This document shows, in pieces, positions 57,218-64,000 of a stretch of 64,000 bases of DNA. Position numbers and translations under genes: made by a program. Source of the stretch: Candidatus Parcubacteria bacterium (lineage in GTDB: Bacteria > Patescibacteriota > Patescibacteriia > CAIXNZ01); assembly GCA_026395685.1 (NCBI GenBank), contig JAPLYG010000005.1:4126-68125 (forward strand), in the 5' to 3' direction. The notes beneath the pieces are model-generated. The model did not search any database, had not been told where the DNA came from, and saw only the letters and a program-made list of their open reading frames with translations. How positions within the stretch are numbered: the first letter of the stretch is position 1; the number at the start of each line of letters is the position of its first letter.

Positions 57218-58183
57218 TTAAAATCCGATATATTCAATCTCCTCCATCAATTCAATGCCGTAAGTGTCGCGGACTTTCATCTTTACCAGGCTAATCAGCT
57301 GGATCACATCATTGGCGCTTGCGTCTTTGATATTAACTATAAAATTCGCGTGCTTATTGGAAATTTGTGCTCCACCGATTGTTTTGCCTTTTAAATCCAA
57401 TTGCTCAATCAGCCAGGCAGCCGGTATTTTTTCATACTCCAAATACTCCTTAGGTAAATTTGGTACCTTTTTTAGTAAATCCTGATTATGGCTACCTATC
57501 AGTACATTGGTAAAAACACTGCCGGCTGATGGGTATTCCAATGGCTGTTTTGCTTGTCGTTGAGCTAGAATTTCTTTAATTCTTGCCTGAATCTGTGCCT
57601 TATCCCCTTTTTGCAGTTGAAACTCGGCTGAAATAATTAAATCATTATTATGCTTAAAAACAGAATCGCGGTAACCAAATCCGCAATTTTTTTTGTCCAA
57701 AATAAACTGTTTAGAACCGCGCATCACTTCAACGCCTATCAAATTATCCGACATTTGTCCGCCGTATGCGCCTGCATTGCCCCGAACTGCGCCTCCGACT
57801 GTTCCCGGAATCCCTGCTGCCCATTCCAAGCCGATTAAGCCATCTTCAGCTGTTTTATTAACCAAAGTCATCAAATTAACTCCGGCATCAGCGACTACCC
57901 GATTATCCTTTTTTAAAACGATATCTTTTGCCTGATTAATTATAATCAAACCAGCAAATCCTTGATCGGATATTAAAACATTACTAGCACCACCCAAAAC
58001 ACAACCAGGGATTTTGAGTTTTTTGGCAAAAGTCATTGCCCGCACCAAATCCTCATTATCCTGAGCAATAAAAAAATACTTGGCAGGTCCGCCAATTTTG
58101 AAGGTTGTATATTTGGCTAATGACACATCTATTTGAACTGGCTTGCCGATTAGCATTTCCAATTGTTCTAATTGTTTTATCAT
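57218..58183 (-). CDS. murB: UDP-N-acetylenolpyruvoylglucosamine reductase
   Basis: FAD-binding YTTFKIGGPAKYF and GGASNVLI. C-terminal MurB domain. Confidence 0.85.
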   Translation of the reverse strand: MIKQLEQLEMLIGKPVQIDVSLAKYTTFKIGGPAKYFFIAQDNEDLVRAMTFAKKLKIPGCVLGGASNVLISDQGFAGLIIINQAKDIVLKKDNRVVADAGVNLMTLVNKTAEDGLIGLEWAAGIPGTVGGAVRGNAGAYGGQMSDNLIGVEVMRGSKQFILDKKNCGFGYRDSVFKHNNDLIISAEFQLQKGDKAQIQARIKEILAQRQAKQPLEYPSAGSVFTNVLIGSHNQDLLKKVPNLPKEYLEYEKIPAAWLIEQLDLKGKTIGGAQISNKHANFIVNIKDASANDVIQLISLVKMKVRDTYGIELMEEIEYIGF

Positions 58184-58220
58184 AATGTGAAGCTACAGTT
58201 AAATTCCTCCAAACAATTAT

Positions 58221-58595
58221 TTAACTTAATTCTTTAATTTCTTGTATTTTACTTGTATGACCGAATTTATCATTGCTTACATCCCAAATTGCGAACCATC
58301 CGATTTTTGGAGTTTTGGATAACTCATATCCACCTCTGTGTCCTGGTTCCATATATGCATATTGTTTTGGATGCTCTTGCCTATTAGCGAAAAAAACCGG
58401 ATATTTCTGCCCTCGCATATTTATTAATAACATCCCAGAAGGATTAGTTTCAAGCACATAAGTGTTATTGAGAGTAGTAATTTTATAAGACTTTTTCTCT
58501 ACTTCAACCTTTTGTTTTTTGGGCCTTATTGCTTCAATAAATTTAAACATAAAATTTTTTAATTTCTTACAACTAACCCATACGCCGGACTTCAT
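58221..58595 (-). CDS. Hypothetical protein
   Basis: 124 aa, start uncertain (internal MFKFIEAI). Overlaps next gene by 23 nt. Confidence 0.3.
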   Translation of the reverse strand: MKSGVWVSCKKLKNFMFKFIEAIRPKKQKVEVEKKSYKITTLNNTYVLETNPSGMLLINMRGQKYPVFFANRQEHPKQYAYMEPGHRGGYELSKTPKIGWFAIWDVSNDKFGHTSKIQEIKELS

Positions 58596-59067
58596 TCAGC
58601 CAATTATTGAATGCTTCGTAGAATCTTCCGTTTACTTTCCGATCTTTCTTCATTTCTTCAATATTCTCGCTATTCATAATATCCGCGCTTTTTTGCGGAG
58701 AAAATATCTCAATTGGCTTTACTGCTATTTCCGTATTTGACTTGCCGTCCCACTTATTAATATGAAATATATTCTTAAGACCGATATCCCAGGTAGCGTC
58801 AATTATAACCCACTTCTTATTGATTAAGGCTTCAAGATATAGATGAGTGCTATAATCATCATGAGGGATTTTTGAGACTTTTTTAGGCAAATCAATTGTA
58901 CTCCATAAGAAGCCGCAGACGCGATAACGAACTTCTAAACCCTGTTTATTCAACAAATCTTTAAGTGCTTTATTTTTTCCGCTGCAACAATCATCTTTTT
59001 CACCTAAAACAACAGGGATTCTATAAGGTATATTACGAACTGTTTTAAAAACTGATTTTATGTCCAT
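58573..59067 (-). CDS. Transglutaminase-like / papain-like cysteine peptidase fold protein
   Basis: Cys (DDCCSGKNKAL) ~50 aa before His (THLYLEAL) ~14 aa before Asp (IIDATWD): C-H-D triad spacing of the transglutaminase-like superfamily. Confidence 0.5.
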   Translation of the reverse strand: MDIKSVFKTVRNIPYRIPVVLGEKDDCCSGKNKALKDLLNKQGLEVRYRVCGFLWSTIDLPKKVSKIPHDDYSTHLYLEALINKKWVIIDATWDIGLKNIFHINKWDGKSNTEIAVKPIEIFSPQKSADIMNSENIEEMKKDRKVNGRFYEAFNNWLNEVRRMG

Positions 59068-59088
59068 AAAAGTATATTATCTATCTTC

Positions 59089-59595
59089 TTATTTGATTAA
59101 ATTAACCCCGGCCGGCAATTTAGCTTTAATAATCTCTAAATCAGCAGTAGAATAGTTATTCCCCGAAATATTCAGTGTCTGCAAATTTTTTAGGTTACCG
59201 AGCTCATTGGGCAACCCGGTCAACTGGTTATTAGATAAATCCAGTACCTGTAAATTTGAAAGCTGGCCAATTTCGGCCGGAACGCCTGTCATCTGATTAT
59301 TGCTGGCATTCAGGATTTTAAGTTTTTTAAGCTGGCCGATTTGCGACTGAATGGCGCCGGTAAGCAGGTTATTGCTGATGTTCAGTTCTTCAAGATTAGT
59401 CATCTTAAAAACATAATCCGGAACTTTGGTTAAATTCTGATTGCTTAAATCCAGCTTGTTAGCGTTTTTTACAATCGGCGCGCCATCAGTAGTTGCCGGA
59501 ATTGCCTTGGATCCGCCCCACCCGGCGCAGCCGCTTAAAAGCATGGTTGCAAATGCGATTAGAAATAATTTTTTCATGGTTTTAAATTTAATCAT
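59089..59595 (-). CDS. Leucine-rich-repeat lipoprotein
   Basis: Lipobox LLSGCAG. Five to six LxxLxLxxNxL repeats (LDLSNQNLTKVP, LNISNNLLTGAI, LNASNNQMTGVP, LDLSNNQLTGLP, LNISGNN). Confidence 0.7.
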   Translation of the reverse strand: MIKFKTMKKLFLIAFATMLLSGCAGWGGSKAIPATTDGAPIVKNANKLDLSNQNLTKVPDYVFKMTNLEELNISNNLLTGAIQSQIGQLKKLKILNASNNQMTGVPAEIGQLSNLQVLDLSNNQLTGLPNELGNLKNLQTLNISGNNYSTADLEIIKAKLPAGVNLIK

Positions 59596-59598
59596 TAA

Positions 59599-60849
59599 TT
59601 ATGTAGCAAATGCGACAATTTGTTGCTGTAGCCCCACGGGCTCTTCAGCATCTTCTTCAACTTCGCCATTCAACATTTTAATAACTGCATCTCCAATGTA
59701 ATAACCTAAATTCACAGGGACTGCGTTGCCAATTTGTTTATATTGTTGAGCTACAGAACCGCAAAATTTCCAATTATCAGGAAATGTCTGAATTCTTGCG
59801 TATTCACGAACCGAAAGCGGACGAGTTTCTTCTGGATGGCAGCGTTCGGTTTGTTTTTGAGCGGGACTGCAGGTCAAAGTCAATGATGGCTCATCCAATG
59901 ATAACCGCCTCGCCATCCCGGTCTTTCCGCCACCCATATAGAAACTTGCGCCCATATATTCTTTTTGCAGTTCTTCCGGGAGATCTCTCCAATAGCCACC
60001 GGGCGGAATCAATTTCATTATTTTTTTCTTTTTTTCAGGATACTCTTGCCCTTCTGATCTCGGACATTTATGAAAAGCTTCGCGCAGCGGAATTATATAG
60101 TCCTTTTCTTTTGGAAATGATATTGAAATATCTAAATCCTTTCTTACCCCAATAATTATCAGCCGTTCCCTTTTTTGAGGAACATCCAAATATTGTGAGC
60201 GTAAAATTTTATACTTAACATTATATCCAAGTTCCTCTAATACGCCAACCATTGTTTGGAGAGTCCTGCCATTATCATGCGCTAATAATCCCTTAACATT
60301 TTCGCCAATGGCGATTTTAGGCTTAACCTCCTTTACGCATCTGGCAAATTCAAAAAACAAAGTCCCTCTAATATCCTCGAATCCCATTTTTTTACCCGCG
60401 AAAGAAAAAGTCTGGCATGGAAAACCTCCTTGCACTATATCAGCCTGACCTTCAAAGAATTTCAGTTCCCGAATATCTCCTTCAACTACATTCCAATTTG
60501 GTTTATTTAATCTTAAAGTATCGCAGGCATGCTTATCATTTTCATTTAAAAGTATGTGTTGAATTCCGGCATTTTCCATTCCCAGCGCAGTTCCTCCGGC
60601 GCCGGCAAATAACTCAATTGCCGTATATGGAGACATTCTATTATTTTTCAAAATCTTAAATTTGCTATTTTTATCTCCATGCGTTTTGTTTTGAATTCTT
60701 TTAATCTCTTCCAAGCTAAACAAACGGTCATTCCGTTCATTTCTAAAAGATTTTATTAATCCTTTCTTATCCCATCGCCTAATCGTATCAATTGAGATGC
60801 CTAATTTTACGGCAGCTTCTCCAACTGTAATAAATATTTCTTTCTTCAT
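59599..60849 (-). CDS. DNA (cytosine-5)-methyltransferase with N-terminal MerR-like HTH
   Basis: HTH VGEAAVKLGISIDTIRRWDKKGLI. Motif I ELFAGAGGTALG, motif IV GGFPCQTFSFAGK, motif VI ENV, motif VIII QTMVGVL. Confidence 0.85.
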   Translation of the reverse strand: MKKEIFITVGEAAVKLGISIDTIRRWDKKGLIKSFRNERNDRLFSLEEIKRIQNKTHGDKNSKFKILKNNRMSPYTAIELFAGAGGTALGMENAGIQHILLNENDKHACDTLRLNKPNWNVVEGDIRELKFFEGQADIVQGGFPCQTFSFAGKKMGFEDIRGTLFFEFARCVKEVKPKIAIGENVKGLLAHDNGRTLQTMVGVLEELGYNVKYKILRSQYLDVPQKRERLIIIGVRKDLDISISFPKEKDYIIPLREAFHKCPRSEGQEYPEKKKKIMKLIPPGGYWRDLPEELQKEYMGASFYMGGGKTGMARRLSLDEPSLTLTCSPAQKQTERCHPEETRPLSVREYARIQTFPDNWKFCGSVAQQYKQIGNAVPVNLGYYIGDAVIKMLNGEVEEDAEEPVGLQQQIVAFAT

Positions 60850-60912
60850 ATAAAAAATGATAGATAATTAACCTATCATAATTATACCAAATAACCATTG
60901 CATAGGCAAAGG

Positions 60913-61620
60913 TTATTCAGTAAAAAAAGCTTTTTTGAATAATTCAAAATACTGTAAAGCCTCGTTTTTACCTAATTTATGCTGGTACTTTTCTGTTAAT
61001 ATGACTGGAATCGCTTCAAATAGCTCCTGCAAGGCATGTTCCCTCCCGGTTGCTAATGCATAAAAACTAACTCCATCAATTACTCTGATTTTTTCATTAA
61101 CAGGACGGCTTTTTTTAGTCTTATTATCCGGTGGCGTAAAAGGCTTGTTATATTTCTTTTTACCCTGAGAAATAATTTCAACATAATAACCAACGAAGTT
61201 TGAATATTCATCATTGCTTAGCTTCGCCTTTATTGCGTCATAAATTTCAACTTTATGATTGCCTTTTGTCGTATTATATTTATTTTTAACTTCTGCAATT
61301 ATTTTCATTTCATAATTTACAACATCTAACCCGCCTCCGGTACCGAGATTTGCCCAGCCAGGGATAGCGCCTAAAATCTGCTGATGAAAATCGCCGATGG
61401 CGTTTTGCATAGTTTTTTGCAGTTGTCTGGCTTTTTCTTGTTCAAGCCACTGTTTATATGTAATTGAATGAGAAATACCATCAAATAAAGCAGAAAATGG
61501 GTCAATTACATTCTTATGCAAATTAATAACAGAATTATTTTCTGCATTTTCAATAACTCTAATTACCTTATCAATAGCATCAATAAAGTCTTTGTCGGAT
61601 ATAAATTTTAGGTAGGACAT
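60913..61620 (-). CDS. Putative type II restriction endonuclease (PD-(D/E)xK) partner of the C5-methyltransferase
   Basis: GGGLDVVNYEMKIIAEVKNK (D...E-x-K pattern). 64-nt gap downstream of MTase. Confidence 0.4.
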   Translation of the reverse strand: MSYLKFISDKDFIDAIDKVIRVIENAENNSVINLHKNVIDPFSALFDGISHSITYKQWLEQEKARQLQKTMQNAIGDFHQQILGAIPGWANLGTGGGLDVVNYEMKIIAEVKNKYNTTKGNHKVEIYDAIKAKLSNDEYSNFVGYYVEIISQGKKKYNKPFTPPDNKTKKSRPVNEKIRVIDGVSFYALATGREHALQELFEAIPVILTEKYQHKLGKNEALQYFELFKKAFFTE

Positions 61621-61705
61621 ACTATTTATTTTATATTTTAATAATATTATAATTATACAGTAGACACTTTGCTTAAAACTATTTGTAAGGAATAACTATT
61701 TAGCC

Positions 61706-62227
61706 TTATATTGTTAATGTAGAAGATACATTAGCTAATTTACTTATATCAGCTAATAAAACGAAAATATCTCCTGGTTTCATATAGTCCATGTAAAGTT
61801 TTGAATGCTCTAAATTTTCTTCAATTATTTTTCCTCGCCAAGAGATTGGTAATTCCTTAATTGTCTGCTGTCTTTGTCTCCCATTACCCCAAAAGAATTC
61901 ATTATTATGAGCACTTGCATTCCTTATGTGTCTTAAAAATTGCAACAATTGATTTTGTTTAAATGGTTGAAAATCGGGTTCATCCCAAACAATGTCTTTA
62001 ACTGCGATTGTAAATACTCGATAAAAATTAATTAAAGTTTGAGAATATAAAGGTGTGGATTGATTTACTCCTTCCTGCTGAATTGAATTCAATATAGTTT
62101 TAGCCACTTTAATTGATTGAGGTGTAACTGAACAACTTAGGTCAATTATATACGGATATGGGATATAAAAAGTTTTAGCATAATTAACAGATACTTTTAG
62201 CCAAGTCATTGAAGCTATAACATTCAT
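61706..62227 (-). CDS. HEPN-motif protein, Abi-like (AbiD/F-type) candidate abortive-infection effector
   Basis: FLRHIRNASAHNNEFFW: R-x4-H HEPN motif in predicted helical context. 173 aa. Confidence 0.4.
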   Translation of the reverse strand: MNVIASMTWLKVSVNYAKTFYIPYPYIIDLSCSVTPQSIKVAKTILNSIQQEGVNQSTPLYSQTLINFYRVFTIAVKDIVWDEPDFQPFKQNQLLQFLRHIRNASAHNNEFFWGNGRQRQQTIKELPISWRGKIIEENLEHSKLYMDYMKPGDIFVLLADISKLANVSSTLTI

Positions 62228-62402
62228 AAAAGTATCTAATAAATCATTAAATGAAGGATGAAAGTATAAAGGAATATCTTGATTTTAGTTCATAAAAAAT
62301 AAGTTTGCTTAAATTGAATGATTAATTTTTTTCATATTATCAAATATGGTTAAATTAAACCAATTCCCTCGCGACCTTATCAATATCCCCTATGATTAAT
62401 CA

Positions 62403-62446
62403 CCAACCTTCGTTGGCCGTATCCAACTTCGGTTGGCGAAGGCCAA
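62403..62446. repeat. Tandem UUCG-type tetraloop hairpins nested in a GGCC/GGCC stem
   Basis: ccaac-cttc-gttgg ccgtat ccaac-ttcg-gttgg cgaa ggcc. Confidence 0.35.
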
Positions 62447-62494
62447 TAATCAAACCTCAATCATCAAACAATCTCTAAATTCCAAATTCAAATA

Positions 62495-62558
62495 CCAAAA
62501 TTGGTTATTAGAATTTAATTATTTGGATTTGTTTGGATGTTGATTATTGATGATTGAT
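62495..62558. repeat. ~60-bp intergenic repeat, second copy (inverted) of element at 15444-15510
   Basis: ttagaatttaattatttggatttgtttggatgttgattattgatgattgattc vs minus-strand ttagtaatttgttattgggatttgtttggttattgattattgatgattgaat: 18-mer TTGATTATTGATGATTGA identical. Confidence 0.55.
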
Positions 62559-62560
62559 TC

Positions 62561-63997
62561 TTATATTAAATCCCTGGCAACTTTGTCTATATCACCGGCC
62601 CCAAGTATAAGCACCACATCATTACTCTGCATCTCACTCAAAATCTTGGCCTTGGTTTCAGTCAAATCGCTGGCATAATAATATAGCGACGGCTTGACGC
62701 CCTGAACCAATTTTTTACTTTCAGTCATGACAATCTTGTCCAGCAGATCATTGGAGCTGATTCTTTTGGTCACATCCTTTTCTTCCCTGCCAGCCACATC
62801 ATAAATCTCGCTCAAAATCACCACATCAGCCGGGCTTTGAGCAAATATTCTGGCAAATTCGCCGAAAAGTTCCCTGGTCCTTTGAATCTGATGGGGCTGA
62901 AAAACCACGAGCAATCGTTTATCGGGATAAAATTCTTTGGCAGCCTGAATGGTTTTGGCCACTTCCGTGGGATGATGGGCATAATCAGAAATAATCAAAG
63001 CGCCGTTTTTATCATCACTTAGGTTGCTGATTTTTCCCAATATTTCAAATCTTCTCCAGACTCCGGTATATTGCGCTAAAGTATCTTTAATCGCATCGGC
63101 ACTCACACCCATTTCCAAACCCAGTAAACATGCGCCCAAGGCATTTGAGATATTGAATTTGCCCGGAACCTGCAAATTAAAGTCGCGCAATTCCTGGCCT
63201 TTATAAACAGGCCGAAAAATCTGACGGCCATGATCAACTTTTATATTTTTTGCTAATAAATCTGCAGACTGATTTTCAAGCCCGAAAGTCAAAATATTGC
63301 AGGCAGGCTTTTCCAGTCTTTCCCGTAAAATCGGGTCATCCAAATTGTAAATCAATAAACCGTCTTCGGGTATTTTATTAATAAAATTCTGAAAAGTATC
63401 AATATAATGATTTAAATCGCGATAATAATCAGGATGATCAAATTCAATATTGGTTAAAATCACTATCTGGGGATTTAATTCCAGCATATGAGCGCGGTAT
63501 TCATCGCCTTCAACCACAAAATATTCAGAACCGCCCAGACGCAAATTGCCATCCCAATTTTTTACTTTTGAGCCGACAATTACTGTGGGATCAAAATTAC
63601 CTTTATCTAAAATTAAACCGGCTAAAGCAGTAGTTGTGGTTTTGCCATGACAGCCGGAAATGGCAATAGTCTGCTTTTGCTTGCTATACTCGCCCAAAAA
63701 TTGAAAATAACTGAGGCACGGAATTTTATGTTCTTTGGCTACCTGCCTTTCCGGATTGTTTTCAGGCACGGCATCGGAATAAATAACCAAATTAACGTCT
63801 TTGGAAACATTATTGGTATTATGCGTTCCAATATTAATTTTGGCGCCAAAGTTTCTTAAAGTGGCAATTGTATCCGACTCATTAACATCTGAGCCGGTAA
63901 CAATTTTATCCTGGCGTAGAAGCAGTTTGGCCACGGCTGAAATACCAATGCCGCCGATGCCGATGATGTGGATTTTTTTGAGTTTGGTTATTTCCAT
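62561..63997 (-). CDS. murC: UDP-N-acetylmuramate--L-alanine ligase
   Basis: IHIIGIGGIGISAVAKLL and GCHGKTTTTALAGLIL. Mur ligase middle and C-terminal domains. 478 aa. Confidence 0.9.
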   Translation of the reverse strand: MEITKLKKIHIIGIGGIGISAVAKLLLRQDKIVTGSDVNESDTIATLRNFGAKINIGTHNTNNVSKDVNLVIYSDAVPENNPERQVAKEHKIPCLSYFQFLGEYSKQKQTIAISGCHGKTTTTALAGLILDKGNFDPTVIVGSKVKNWDGNLRLGGSEYFVVEGDEYRAHMLELNPQIVILTNIEFDHPDYYRDLNHYIDTFQNFINKIPEDGLLIYNLDDPILRERLEKPACNILTFGLENQSADLLAKNIKVDHGRQIFRPVYKGQELRDFNLQVPGKFNISNALGACLLGLEMGVSADAIKDTLAQYTGVWRRFEILGKISNLSDDKNGALIISDYAHHPTEVAKTIQAAKEFYPDKRLLVVFQPHQIQRTRELFGEFARIFAQSPADVVILSEIYDVAGREEKDVTKRISSNDLLDKIVMTESKKLVQGVKPSLYYYASDLTETKAKILSEMQSNDVVLILGAGDIDKVARDLI

Positions 63998-64000
63998 ATT

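Overview
This is an AT-rich, gene-dense bacterial window. Its gene content resembles a small-genome Patescibacteria/CPR-type organism: many giant repeat-rich surface proteins, a four-helix-bundle cassette, AmmeMemoRadiSam components, and no encoded CCA on the tRNAs. I did not test that assignment. Some manually derived coordinates may be off by 2-3 nt; ORF-track boundaries are the anchors.

- **Housekeeping genes, called with good support:** prs, clpB, def, fmt, dinB, serA-like, typA/bipA, gatC, gatA, murB and murC. clpB is preceded by a consensus sigma70 promoter and a perfect CIRCE/HrcA operator. A priA homologue is present but has lost its Walker A motif.
- **AmmeMemoRadiSam components:** an AMMECR1 gene and a MEMO1/LigB-like gene sit adjacent to each other, plus two unlinked AmrS-like radical SAM paralogues.
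- **Other coding content:** a copper-handling cluster (csoR, an HMA-domain membrane protein, copA, a DsbA-like lipoprotein), an ABC exporter pair, and two tRNA-Ser genes (anticodons CGA and GGA), both on the minus strand and without encoded CCA. A radical SAM/SPASM maturase-like gene is coupled to a 4-TM protein. Many secreted or giant repeat proteins are present (FG-GAP repeats, ~45-aa beta-propeller-like repeats, TSP3/PKD).
- **Accessory regions:** a ~4.3 kb island between murB and murC carries a transglutaminase-like protein, an LRR lipoprotein, a type II R-M pair (HTH-fused C5 methyltransferase plus a PD-(D/E)xK nuclease) and a HEPN/Abi-like protein. A separate cluster (27.1-32.1 kb) holds a CYTH-like enzyme, several orphan proteins and a PpnP-like fusion.
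- **Non-coding signals worth follow-up:**
  - A four-helix-bundle gene inserted between gatC and gatA, flanked by inverted arrays of tandem 10-bp repeats.
  - A ~100-nt promoter-to-terminator sRNA candidate with an anti-SD-like loop between gatC and murB.
  - A ~200-nt minus-strand ncRNA candidate at 7.45-7.65 kb.
  - TACGAA direct-repeat arrays at two loci.
  - A ~45-bp promoter block shared by the PEBP gene and the csoR operon.
  - A ~60-bp intergenic repeat present at two loci.
  - A related pair of nested-palindrome hairpin elements.

No CRISPR array, rRNA, transposase or integrase was found.
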